Positions 1-9,278 of a stretch of DNA of 64,000 bases are shown piece after piece. A model generated the notes under the pieces. That model made no database searches, was not told where the DNA came from, and saw nothing but the letters and a program-made list of their open reading frames with translations. Numbering within the stretch: position 1 is the first letter of the stretch; the number at the start of each line of letters is the position of its first letter. A program made the translations under genes and the position numbers. Source of the DNA: an uncultured delta proteobacterium (GTDB lineage: Bacteria > Desulfobacterota > Binatia > UBA9968); contig CAVTUQ010000005.1 in NCBI GenBank assembly GCA_963737905.1, positions 96,001-160,000 on the forward strand. Direction: 5' to 3'.

Positions 1-1275
1 TTCCTGAGCGTACAGGATACGGTTTTCTTCGCGCATACTGCCGGACTTATCGATGACAAGAATAATGGCCCGGTTCCTTTCCTCCCGCTTCGGTTCCTTT
101 GGCTCCACCGGCAGTAAGGCCTCGATTGGCGTGCGGCTGTAGCTTCCAGGGGCAAAGCTGGCATCGCTTCCCAGCATCAAAAAACCATTGCCCTGAGCGG
201 TGTGCCGCTCGACGGCAGAAAGATAGTTAGGGGAAAATTTGCTGCGCTCGACATTGTTGAAGATTACAACTCCATAGCCTGCCGGTGACGGTGGGCTGCC
301 AGCAGGATATGAGGCTACCTCGAATCCTTGCCGTTTGAGAATTTCTTCTAAATAGCGACCGCCATTATTTTGCCCGCTCAGCAACAAAACCTTCGCCTTC
401 GTTTTCACTGCCACCCACGCGACAGCTTGGTTGTCCGCCAAGTTAATATCCAGTTCGGCCTGTCGTGGCATGAACTGGGCCCGATAAGAGACGACCGGAT
501 TGTCGGGAAGTATCGTCTGGTAGGTGTAAATTTGGCTTCCCGGTTTGAGCTTAATGCTCTCTGACTTTAGATTCTGATTGTTCCGTGTCAATATCAAAGT
601 TCCTTCGACTTCATCTTCGCTTTGGTTTTCGAGAACCACTCTTAGATTTGCGGCTTCGCCACTTTTCCCCTGGTTGGGGATCACGAGTCTTTTTACGGCC
701 ACGTTATGGATCTTGAGCTGCTCCGTCGGAAGAACGGGGAAAATCTTAAGCCTAGAGGCCGCGATTGCCGGTAACAAGTGCTCCACATTTCCCTGTGTTT
801 CCCAGCCGTCGGTGAACAGGAAGAGGCTGCGCGGCGCTGGGGGAAGGGCCAGCAACGCCGCGAACAACTTTTCCAGGTCGGTCTTGGCCGGCTGAATCGG
901 CTCTAGGTGGGCACCGTCCTTCTTGAGCCATTCACGCCAGTCCGGAGCTTCCTTCGTATCGGAGGCGAAAACGAAGACGCGGTCTCGCTCGGTGGGAGCG
1001 ATTTCCCCGTCAGCCGTGGCTTCCATCCAGCGGCGCATGGCGGGGGTTACGCTTTGTGAGATATCGAAAGCGAAAATTCGCTCTTCTTGCTTAGTCTGTC
1101 GAGTAACCCACTGAGGGTCGGCGAGACCACAAATCAGCAGCAAAAAAATAATGGTTCTTGTGAAAATGACAAGTAATCTCTGATCACGGACGCGTATCCA
1201 GAGAAGCGGTAGCCCGAGCAGCAGCCAGAGAAACAGCGGCTTAAAAAATTGAATCTCCGAGAGAAGTTCTTTCAT
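1..1275 (-). CDS. VWA-domain membrane protein with GATase-like region (3' end beyond window)
   Basis: Manual translation from ATG at 1275: MKELLSEIQFFKPLFLWLLLGLPLL...LADPQW..RIFAFDISQS; later AIIIVIDKSGSM (MIDAS-like); apparently open to the window edge, so absent from the ORF track. Confidence 0.75.
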   Translation of the reverse strand, partial: MKELLSEIQFFKPLFLWLLLGLPLLWIRVRDQRLLVIFTRTIIFLLLICGLADPQWVTRQTKQEERIFAFDISQSVTPAMRRWMEATADGEIAPTERDRVFVFASDTKEAPDWREWLKKDGAHLEPIQPAKTDLEKLFAALLALPPAPRSLFLFTDGWETQGNVEHLLPAIAASRLKIFPVLPTEQLKIHNVAVKRLVIPNQGKSGEAANLRVVLENQSEDEVEGTLILTRNNQNLKSESIKLKPGSQIYTYQTILPDNPVVSYRAQFMPRQAELDINLADNQAVAWVAVKTKAKVLLLSGQNNGGRYLEEILKRQGFEVASYPAGSPPSPAGYGVVIFNNVERSKFSPNYLSAVERHTAQGNGFLMLGSDASFAPGSYSRTPIEALLPVEPKEPKREERNRAIILVIDKSGSMREENRILYAQE

Positions 1276-1295
1276 GGGCTCTGAGGGTTGTTGTC

Positions 1296-3086
1296 TTAGC
1301 CGGAACGCGTTCGAAGCAGACGCGGATTAACGAACCATTCCACCAGCAAGAGAAACAACGAAGCCAATAATAGGTAAGGCCAGATGGAAAATAGCGCCGA
1401 CGCCCTGCTGCCGCTGCTGCTTGCCTCCCGGAGTTCAATGGGAGTTGGCGTGCGGAGATCAGATTCGTTTGTGTTTTCAAGGTTGACGGCAAAAAGCTCC
1501 CTCCGGGTGCCGCGATCGATTTGGTATAGGCCTTGGAAATAGGTGTCGGGAAAGTTATTTGCGCCTGGGTTAAGAGTGATCTTATCGCCTCTCGGAGTAA
1601 GGAGAAAGTTTCCTTGCTGCATAGAGCTAAAGGTAAGGGACGCGCCGGTAGCTCTGTCCCCTCTTTCCGAAGCGTGAAAGAACCAGTCCAGCAGATTGAG
1701 GGTAAAGACTGAGACCGGTAGATTCTCTCGCCCCAGGTAAGGGAAAATATCGAACCCCAGGGCTAGCTGGCGAAGCCCGCGCCGCTCGGTTGCGAAAACG
1801 ATCGGTCCCGCGGTGCTCTCAATGATTGTCTGCCCGGATGACCTCGGCTTCAATGGGCGTGAAAACGCAGGCCGAAAAAGAGCGAAATTGACATAGCGGG
1901 TCAGCGGATGGGGCTCGCTCCAACTTGAAACGACTGGTCGAGAAACCGGCTTCTCCAAAGCGACCAGGGGGTTATTGTCGGGCGGAAGCACAAAAAGCGC
2001 GGGATTTCCGGGTAATACGGGGGGCGCCGCGTAATGGAAGATTTCCAAGTCGTATCCCGTGCGATCGATTTTATCGTATTCCTGAGGAGCGATGAGGTCT
2101 AAGCTCACCCCGGCAATAGAGCGCAGGCTATTGAGCGCTTGGGGTCGGGGGGATATTCCAAGGATGCGTAGGTTTTGCGCCGCCGGCGGTACGGCAAAAC
2201 GGCGATTATCGAGGGGCAAATCGTCACGGGCATCGATTTCGACTTCGTAGTAAGGGTGCGCTGGGAAGCCCGCGAAGGTCGCCTGTGCGGTCTTTCCCGG
2301 GGCGACCAACAGTTCGCGGCTGGAAATCGCTGCACCGCCACCTAGGAGCGTGATTCTCAACCGCTCATCTTTGGTTGAGAAGTTGGCGACCTCGGCCGTG
2401 GCTTCCAGTTGCGAACCGACCAAGGACGTATGGGAAATACTAAAAGCGCTCACAGCGAAGTTGTCTTTTGGCTGTCCTACGGTGATCACCCGTAACGTAT
2501 CCGTTTGGCCCGCAGCAGGGTGGTCGGTTACAAGAAAGACCCGGTCATACTTCAGCTGTTTTGCCAATTCGCTGAGGCTCTTCTGGTAGTCGATGGGGGT
2601 ATCCGACAAATCGTAGGGCGCCAGCGCGGTGAGGACACCGGCTGCTTCGGCTGGTTCAAAGGTGGCTCCGCGCACTCTTTCCAGCCGTGGTGCGGTAAGG
2701 TAAAGATCTACCTTGCCCGTGGAGCCCAGATCGGCCAGCAGCTCACGCGCTTTTTCCTGTGCCAGAGCGAACCGCGTTTGTTGGTTTTCGAGCGTTTGCA
2801 TGCTTGCAGAATTGTCCAGCACAATGGCAATGTTCGACGCCCGGAGGGAGAACACAGGCTCTCCAATCGCTAGAATCAATAGAGTCAGCAACAAGAGCTG
2901 GAGAAAGAAAATCAGCGGGAGGCGAAGTCTGCCCAGGGGCCGGCCGCCGGCGCGCTTACCCGGATCCGTGAACAGGAGCAGACTCGAAAAGATGACTCGC
3001 TGTGGTTTCCTTCTGATCAGGTATGGAATCAGCAGGAGTGGCAGCGCCAAAAGCCCGTACAAAGCCCCTGGATTTAGAAATTCCAT
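1296..3086 (-). CDS. BatA/WFA N-terminal + VWA domain protein
   Basis: MEFLNPGALYGLLALPLLLIPYL BatA-type start; VLDNSASM MIDAS motif; C-terminal NESDL..WPYLLL..LLVEW. Confidence 0.85.
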   Translation of the reverse strand: MEFLNPGALYGLLALPLLLIPYLIRRKPQRVIFSSLLLFTDPGKRAGGRPLGRLRLPLIFFLQLLLLTLLILAIGEPVFSLRASNIAIVLDNSASMQTLENQQTRFALAQEKARELLADLGSTGKVDLYLTAPRLERVRGATFEPAEAAGVLTALAPYDLSDTPIDYQKSLSELAKQLKYDRVFLVTDHPAAGQTDTLRVITVGQPKDNFAVSAFSISHTSLVGSQLEATAEVANFSTKDERLRITLLGGGAAISSRELLVAPGKTAQATFAGFPAHPYYEVEIDARDDLPLDNRRFAVPPAAQNLRILGISPRPQALNSLRSIAGVSLDLIAPQEYDKIDRTGYDLEIFHYAAPPVLPGNPALFVLPPDNNPLVALEKPVSRPVVSSWSEPHPLTRYVNFALFRPAFSRPLKPRSSGQTIIESTAGPIVFATERRGLRQLALGFDIFPYLGRENLPVSVFTLNLLDWFFHASERGDRATGASLTFSSMQQGNFLLTPRGDKITLNPGANNFPDTYFQGLYQIDRGTRRELFAVNLENTNESDLRTPTPIELREASSSGSRASALFSIWPYLLLASLFLLLVEWFVNPRLLRTRSG

Positions 3087-3089
3087 AGT

Positions 3090-3983
3090 CTATTTGAAAA
3101 GCCCAATGGCCGGCAGGGTTGCAAAGACGAAATTGTCCAGCTCGAGGTCCGTCACATAGAGTGAGTAATGAATACCGCTTTGATGGCAGAAGCTGCGAAT
3201 TTGTGAATTGTGCTGGGACAACTTAGCTTGGTAGTCTTGCCGCGCGCCGGCGTCCCACTGGAATCCAATTTCTGCGTTGGTTTCACTGTCAACGACCCTC
3301 AGACTGCCATCAGAGAACGGGGGGTCGACTTCCTGGCGGGTCAATACTTGAATAACCGCGATATCGAGATTGAAGGCGCGCAATAGATTCAGTCCTTGTT
3401 GATAGGAGACTGCGGGCATCAAGAAGTCGGAAATCAGGATTGCCTTTCCCGGCCGGCGCAGTCTTCTTAAGTGCTCTGCCAGTGCCGGGGCCAGCTCCAA
3501 AGGCCCCTCCGGGGTCGATGAGGTGATGAATTGGATGCAATCGGTGATGCGGCGCCGCCCGCGAAAAAAGGGCGAGGCAGCATGGGTGAAAGAGTCGCCG
3601 AGCAGATGCAGTTTGACGTGATCGTGATTGGCCAGGACGACGTAGGAAAGGGCTGCCGCGATGTGGCTCGCCGGCAGAAATTTTTGCTTGGGCGATGGAA
3701 AGGCCATCGATGCGCTGGCATCGACGAAGATGTAGGCAAAGAGATCGACCTCTTCGCGAAATAGTTTTATGTAGAGCCGGTCGCTACGAGCATAGATACC
3801 CCAATCCAGATAGCGAAGATCATCCCCCGGAGCGTATCTGCGATAATCGGCGAACTCTAGACTGGTGCCCCGTTTGGGCGAGGAGTAGTTGCCCGTGTGG
3901 CTGCCCAGGAATTCCTTTCTCGTACGTAACCTGAGAGTTTCCAATTGGCTGAGAAATTGGGGCGTAAATGGCTCAGGCAGCAT
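3090..3983 (-). CDS. DUF58 family protein (MoxR-associated)
   Basis: GTSLEFADYRRYAPGDDLRYLDW; VDASASM. Confidence 0.9.
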   Translation of the reverse strand: MLPEPFTPQFLSQLETLRLRTRKEFLGSHTGNYSSPKRGTSLEFADYRRYAPGDDLRYLDWGIYARSDRLYIKLFREEVDLFAYIFVDASASMAFPSPKQKFLPASHIAAALSYVVLANHDHVKLHLLGDSFTHAASPFFRGRRRITDCIQFITSSTPEGPLELAPALAEHLRRLRRPGKAILISDFLMPAVSYQQGLNLLRAFNLDIAVIQVLTRQEVDPPFSDGSLRVVDSETNAEIGFQWDAGARQDYQAKLSQHNSQIRSFCHQSGIHYSLYVTDLELDNFVFATLPAIGLFK

Positions 3984-3996
3984 TTAAACGTTGGGG

Positions 3997-4692
3997 TCAA
4001 AGACCGACATAAGCAATCGGGTCGTCGAGCCCGACCTCCTTGAAACCTTTCAAACGGAGTTGGCAACTGTCGCACAGCCCACAAGCGCGTCCGTCGGGTG
4101 CAGGATCATAGCAACTCCAGGTGAGACCATAGTCTAGGCCAAGTTCGATGCCTTTTCTAATGATCTGTGCCTTGTTCATTGCAATCAAGGGCACATGAAT
4201 CTTGATCCGGCTCTTGCCTTCGACCCCTGCCTTGGTGGCCAGGTTGGCCATCGCCTCGAATGCGCGAATGTATTCCTCTCGGCAGTCCGGATAACCGCTG
4301 TAATCGAGCTGGTTGGCGCCGAAGAAAATATCTCCGGCCTCAATGCGCTCCGCTAGAGCCAGGGCAAAAGCGAGGAAAATCGTATTCCGCGCCGGAACAT
4401 AGGTAACGGGGATATCGCCGGCCATTTCTTTTGTGCTTCGCCCCTTGGGCACGTCTATTTGGTCGGTAAGCGCGGAGCCGCCGATGGAGCGAAGATCGAA
4501 ATCGGTCACCCGGTGGGTTTTCGTTTGTAAAAATGCCGCCACCTTCTTGGCGGCATCGATTTCCCGCTGATGGCGCTGCCCATAACGAAAACTCAGCGCG
4601 TGAAGCTGGAAGCCCTGCTGTTTGGCTATCGCGGCGGCGGTGGCGGAGTCGAGCCCGCCGCTCAAGAGAATAACCGCGTCTGTCCCTATCAT
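3997..4692 (-). CDS. queC: 7-cyano-7-deazaguanine synthase
   Basis: [35 protein letters not shown]; start moved to ATG 4692, which overlaps the upstream stop (ATGA). Confidence 0.95.
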   Translation of the reverse strand: MIGTDAVILLSGGLDSATAAAIAKQQGFQLHALSFRYGQRHQREIDAAKKVAAFLQTKTHRVTDFDLRSIGGSALTDQIDVPKGRSTKEMAGDIPVTYVPARNTIFLAFALALAERIEAGDIFFGANQLDYSGYPDCREEYIRAFEAMANLATKAGVEGKSRIKIHVPLIAMNKAQIIRKGIELGLDYGLTWSCYDPAPDGRACGLCDSCQLRLKGFKEVGLDDPIAYVGL

Positions 4693-5165
4693 TTTTGCGG
4701 CGAGGTGATTTTTGTCCCTTCCACCGGGTAGTGTTTTTGATACCAGCCGACAATGCCCTCGTCGAGGACTTTCATGTTGCGGTAACCCTTTTCGTAGAGA
4801 ATGCCATAGGCCAAACTGGCCAGGTGATGGGGACAAGCTCAATACAAGATGACTAATCGATCCTTGGGAATGCTTTGCACATAAGCATTGAACTCCGTGA
4901 GGGGCGCAGATATCGCGCCCAAAATGTGCACCTCACGGTACTCTTCGTCAGTGCGCACGTCGATGATCAGCGGCTTTTTTCCCGATTGGATATCTTTCGT
5001 GAGCTCATCCACAGAAATTAGTACAACGTTTGCCGGGGGTGATTGCTGGGCGAATTGGGGATATTTCGATGGATCGGCTTCGGCCGGCTGGCATCCGAAA
5101 AGAACACCCGCCAAAACTCCGACAATGAAGAAAGAGCTTGCTCGTGGACCAGGAAGGAGCTTCAT
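4689..5165 (-). CDS. Rhodanese-domain lipoprotein, probable selenoprotein (Sec at UGA 4839-4841)
   Basis: Lipobox LFGC; [15 protein letters not shown]; in-frame TGA at the active-site Cys position (VILY-U-ACP); frame continues [20 protein letters not shown] to a TGA at 4689-4691. Confidence 0.85.
4804..4830 (-). promoter_or_regulatory. Candidate bacterial SECIS element
   Basis: mRNA CCAU-CACCU-GGCCA-GUU-UGGCC-U-AUGG; loop G 23 nt downstream of the UGA. Confidence 0.6.
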
Positions 5166-6040
5166 GGTTTGCCTCCATCGTTTTTGTAGTTGCTATACTG
5201 CGCCAGGGCATCCAAGCTCTGGGTGCCCATGTATCGCTGGCCGTTGATTACCCAGGTGGGATAATTTTTTATCCCTGCATCGTCGCAGACCGCAGTTTGT
5301 CGAGATCCCGCGCCCGCTGAGCTACACTCGATATATGGAAGGCGGCGCTCGGAACTGCCGAAAAGCTCCTTTTGCTCGGCACAGTGCGGGCACCAGGATG
5401 CGCCGTAAAATTTAGCGTCGGTTTGCGCGAGATGTTCGGCCAAGCCGCGGATCCAGGGATCCTCGGGACCAGGGGCTTTACCCAGATAGCCGGCATAGTG
5501 GAGATGCAACGCGACCACTAGGACGAGAGCTGTCCCAACCGACTTGCCGAGCCAGGGGCCCCAAGAAAAGTGAGGTAAATTGGCGGGCTTTTGAAGAAGC
5601 AAGGTGACGAAAATTACTGTCATCAACCCCAAAGAAGTCAGGCAGTAGGGGCAGGCGGCCTGCAGCACGAAAAAGGAGATCCCGGTCAGGTATAAACTGT
5701 AGAGGAGTCCAATGACGGTGACGAACCAAGCGAACTTCCACTGGCTGTCGGCATACTTGTTCCAGGCGATGGCGGCCAGCAAAGCGTACGTTAGAAAGCC
5801 CCAGAACGACGTCGGCATGCCAAGTAAGGTCGACCAGCGGCTATTCAAAACAACATCACAGGCGCTACCCACCGTACAGCCGGCCACCAGCTTTCCTTGC
5901 CATGCGTTGAAAGTGAGATAGGCAGTCAACCCCATGCCGATGAGAGCGAGAATGAAGAGCGGCCAGTTCGGGCCCTCGCGCAATAAGCCCTGTTTATTTC
6001 CTCTCACGTCGGTTTTCTTATGCTTGGCTGACTTGGCCAT
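5162..6040 (-). CDS. Vitamin K epoxide reductase (VKOR) fused to a thioredoxin-like domain
   Basis: GCTVGSACDVVLNSRWS loop cysteines, TM ACPYC, C-terminal FYGASWCPHC..YIEC..YPTW. Confidence 0.9.
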   Translation of the reverse strand: MAKSAKHKKTDVRGNKQGLLREGPNWPLFILALIGMGLTAYLTFNAWQGKLVAGCTVGSACDVVLNSRWSTLLGMPTSFWGFLTYALLAAIAWNKYADSQWKFAWFVTVIGLLYSLYLTGISFFVLQAACPYCLTSLGLMTVIFVTLLLQKPANLPHFSWGPWLGKSVGTALVLVVALHLHYAGYLGKAPGPEDPWIRGLAEHLAQTDAKFYGASWCPHCAEQKELFGSSERRLPYIECSSAGAGSRQTAVCDDAGIKNYPTWVINGQRYMGTQSLDALAQYSNYKNDGGKP

Positions 6041-6053
6041 GGGAACGCTCCTA

Positions 6054-6701
6054 TTATCCTTTAACCAAAGTTGCGACGTCTTTTTTTAGTCGCTCTAATG
6101 CCTGCGGGTCTCGACTATCGTAATAGCCCCGAATCTCGGCTTGCTTGTCGATCAATACGAACCTTGGGCTGTGCATGATAATGCTTTCCGAGCTGCCCGC
6201 GTTGGCGACCGGAACCGCACTCAACTTGAATCCTTCTTGCACGAGCCGGGTGATGTCCTCTTTATCGCCGGTGAGAAAGAGCCAGCGGATTGAATCAGCC
6301 TTATAGCGATCCGCGTAGCGGGAGAGTACCTCAGTTGTATCCTTTTCGGGATCCACGGAGAAGGAAACCAGTTTCAATCCCGCTTTGTCTTTCCATTGCT
6401 CCTGAAGCTGCGCCATTTCTGCGGTTTGCATTGGGCAGGTATCGGTGCAAGTCGTGTAAATAAAGTCGGCGATCCAAATCGACCCCCGGAGGTCGGCCAG
6501 AGTGGTCGCCTTGCCGCTTCGCTCCACGAGAGAAAATTTAGGCACAGTTCCATAGCGGCTCATGCCTTCGAGGGGATTGGCATTCCACCCCGTCAATCCC
6601 GGTCTGGGTGCGAGCTTCAGCCAAAAAAAGGTACCGACGATAATTCCCAAACCGAGCACGGAGACGCCCAGCAGAAGAAAGCGCGCTTTTGAGAAGTTCA
6701 T
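6054..6701 (-). CDS. SCO1/SenC family copper chaperone
   Basis: DFIYTTCTDTCP (CxxxC), SVDPEKDT, IMHS; N-terminal TM anchor. Confidence 0.9.
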   Translation of the reverse strand: MNFSKARFLLLGVSVLGLGIIVGTFFWLKLAPRPGLTGWNANPLEGMSRYGTVPKFSLVERSGKATTLADLRGSIWIADFIYTTCTDTCPMQTAEMAQLQEQWKDKAGLKLVSFSVDPEKDTTEVLSRYADRYKADSIRWLFLTGDKEDITRLVQEGFKLSAVPVANAGSSESIIMHSPRFVLIDKQAEIRGYYDSRDPQALERLKKDVATLVKG

Positions 6702-6905
6702 AAAGGCGAACCAGGGATCGAATGGAATTCTACCGAGTAATTTAGCGTTTGTGTAGAGGCGCTAGGCTCTTTTGCGGTCTTCGGCAAGGATCATGTTCCA
6801 CGTTCATGGGCGGCTCTTTTTTCGCCCGCGACCAGGATCACAGCATTTGGCACAAAACCTTCAACTCCTGTAGGATTCAGAAAAGCTGTCCGGCACGGAG
6901 GTATT

Positions 6906-7319
6906 ATGGAAATTTCTGAGGCGCGGGAGTTTTTGAAGCATAACCATCGTGGCTGTCTGGTAGCCCGCAAGAAAGACGGGTCATTGCAAATGACGCTTGT
7001 GTCGCCGGTGCTCGGCGCCGACGGCAACATAGTGATCACCGCGCGAGACACCACTTTCAAGGTGAAGAATATCCAACGCATTCCGCAAATTTCCCTGTTG
7101 GTATACGGCGAGAAGTTCAACGGCTCCAATTACATCCAGATCGACGGCCGGGCCGAAGTGATCCGACATCCTCAAGCCATGGATATCGTTTTGGACTGGC
7201 ACCGCCAGATTCGTGGCGAACCCGAGAGCTGGCAAGAGATTCGAGAAAAAACGCTTGCCGAAGGCCGCATCGCCATCCGTGTCACGATAGAAAAAGTCGG
7301 CCCGCAGAACAGGAGATGA
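6906..7319 (+). CDS. PPOX-class (pyridoxamine oxidase-like, putative F420-dependent) oxidoreductase
   Basis: RKKDGSLQMTLV, KVKNIQRIPQISL, YIQIDGRAEV; RBS GGAGG. Confidence 0.75.
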   Translation: MEISEAREFLKHNHRGCLVARKKDGSLQMTLVSPVLGADGNIVITARDTTFKVKNIQRIPQISLLVYGEKFNGSNYIQIDGRAEVIRHPQAMDIVLDWHRQIRGEPESWQEIREKTLAEGRIAIRVTIEKVGPQNRR

Positions 7320-8761
7320 TTGCCCCTATTCGGTTGCAAGATCAACCTCAAGCGAAGAGGATTCGCAGACTTACCCTCATCAATTCCATCATCGGGGTTT
7401 CCACAGCTGGAATTTCTACTCGGGTATTTATGATCTCAGTACCTACCCTCGCGACGGCTTTGGGAACGGACATTCTCGGGATTTCTTGGGCCCTAATTGT
7501 TTATCAGGTAGCTGCGATAGGGTTAGGCGTAGTTTGTGGTCGCCTGGGCGACGTATACAGCCATCACAAGATGTACGGCATTGGCATGGCTTTGATGGCG
7601 GTCGGCTCGCTCCTTTGCGGGCTTTCACAAGATGTTTCCCAATTGATTCTGTTTCGATTTGTGCAAGGAGTTGGCGCTGCCATGATTCAGTCTTCTGGCC
7701 GAACCCTGGCTTACAAATCCATGCCAGAGGGATCTGAGGGAAAGGCGCAGGGACTCATGGCGATGTCACACCAGTTTGGTTTCTTTGTTGGCCCGCCCAT
7801 CGGCGGTCTCATCATTGATCTGGTTAACTGGCGCGGGATCTTTTTCTTATTGTTGCTGCCAAGCCTGATTGGCCTGGTGCTCTCCTTGATGACTGGACGC
7901 TCCGTTGCGGAACCTGCTGCGCGATCCCGGTCGGTGGATTACCTGGGAGCGTTGCTCTTGCTTGGATTAACCATTCTCGTCACTATGCTCCTGGATCAAA
8001 AAATCACTGCGGTCATCGGCCGAGGCAACCAAGCGCTGCTCATTTTGACTTTTGCGGGGACGCTTTGGGGATTTCTTTCTCACGAGAAGAAGACCCCGAG
8101 CCCGATGATAGACCTCTCTTTTTTCTCGATCCCTGCTTTTGGCTACGGCTCCCTTGGCCTTTTCATGGCCTGCATCACGCAAGGGCTCACTATGTTTGTC
8201 ACGCCTTTCTACCTTCAGGACGTGCTAAATCTCTCACCGACGTTCATGGGAATTATCTTTCTTGTTCCGTCGCTACTCAGCATGGTGCTAGCGCCTGTGA
8301 GCGGCGCCATGACCGATCGTATCGGTGCCCGCTTTCTCTTGATCACGGGCGTGCTCATCTTGATGGTTGCTTTTCTAATTGGGGCCAATCTTCGGACCGA
8401 TTCCCATTGGATCTTGCCTACCAGCTTGCTCGCACTTACGGGTATCGGTTCGACCGTTTTCAATACGCCATCGCAGGCGGTGATGGTGAGCTCACTCCCT
8501 AAAGAACATTGGGGCATAGCCATAGGAATTATCAATGGGATCTTTGGCCTGGGACAGATGCTCGGCATTTCGCTGAGCGGGATTTTTTTGACGTTGGCCT
8601 TCCGATTCTATTCTGGGGATCCGGGGACAATCCCCAACCCCGGGGACACTCATGTTTTTGTCGCTTCGATGAACGTGACCTATCTGTTTGCCCTTGGAAT
8701 CAGTTTTGTCCCGTTGCTGACCTCAATAAAGGTCAAGAAGATCACTTTCACAGGGGCTTAA
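7316..8761 (+). CDS. MFS transporter, DHA2 (14-TM) type
   Basis: GRLGDVYS motif A, RFVQGVGAA, GPPIGG; many TM segments. Confidence 0.9.
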   Translation: MIAPIRLQDQPQAKRIRRLTLINSIIGVSTAGISTRVFMISVPTLATALGTDILGISWALIVYQVAAIGLGVVCGRLGDVYSHHKMYGIGMALMAVGSLLCGLSQDVSQLILFRFVQGVGAAMIQSSGRTLAYKSMPEGSEGKAQGLMAMSHQFGFFVGPPIGGLIIDLVNWRGIFFLLLLPSLIGLVLSLMTGRSVAEPAARSRSVDYLGALLLLGLTILVTMLLDQKITAVIGRGNQALLILTFAGTLWGFLSHEKKTPSPMIDLSFFSIPAFGYGSLGLFMACITQGLTMFVTPFYLQDVLNLSPTFMGIIFLVPSLLSMVLAPVSGAMTDRIGARFLLITGVLILMVAFLIGANLRTDSHWILPTSLLALTGIGSTVFNTPSQAVMVSSLPKEHWGIAIGIINGIFGLGQMLGISLSGIFLTLAFRFYSGDPGTIPNPGDTHVFVASMNVTYLFALGISFVPLLTSIKVKKITFTGA

Positions 8762-8942
8762 AGTGAGGGTTAAGTGTTCCGATTGTCTCGCCCGATTGCA
8801 GTCGAAGATCCAGCAGCCGCTATCGAACGATTGCGGGAGCGCCGTGGATTTCGACCGGGCCAAGTTGACATGACACGTTGTCCTCGGATACGTTCTGTCT
8901 CACGTTGAGTGCGACAGATAGCAACACGGGAGGAGGATCAAA

Positions 8943-9236
8943 ATGTTATCGCAGATTCGTATTTACACAATCAATAAGGGCGAGATGGACGCCTTCCTCA
9001 AGCATTTCAAAGAGGACGTCATGGCAGTGCACGAGCGGATCGGCGTGCCCATTGTCGGCACGTGGGTGAACCGCCCGCAGAACGAGTTCATCTGGGTCAG
9101 GACCTACAAAGACAAGGCGGACCTTGAAGCCAAGGGTAAGGCGTTTCAAGCGGAGGTTGCGAAGGCGGGGATTAAGCTGGGAGCGAACGTCGCCAAGATG
9201 GAAGTACGCGAAGTCGAGACCGCGTTCACCTCATGA
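8943..9236 (+). CDS. NIPSNAP family protein
   Basis: QIRIYTINKGEMDAFLKHF..IVGTW..FIWVR; RBS GGAGG. Confidence 0.75.
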   Translation: MLSQIRIYTINKGEMDAFLKHFKEDVMAVHERIGVPIVGTWVNRPQNEFIWVRTYKDKADLEAKGKAFQAEVAKAGIKLGANVAKMEVREVETAFTS

Positions 9237-9278
9237 TTCCTTCGGGATTTGATTTAGTGTAGAAACTCTTGCCCGGGG

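Noticed and set aside
3997-4692. queC as part of a QatABCD or Dpd DNA-modification defence system
   Set aside because: Canonical-length housekeeping QueC; no qatA/B/D, dpd or TatD neighbours
4693-4842. 50-aa N-terminal extension of QueC in the ORF track
   Set aside because: This stretch is better explained as the C-terminal part of the Sec-rhodanese in another frame
6843-6865. TTGGCAC sigma54-like site before the PPOX gene
   Set aside because: No GC at the -12 position
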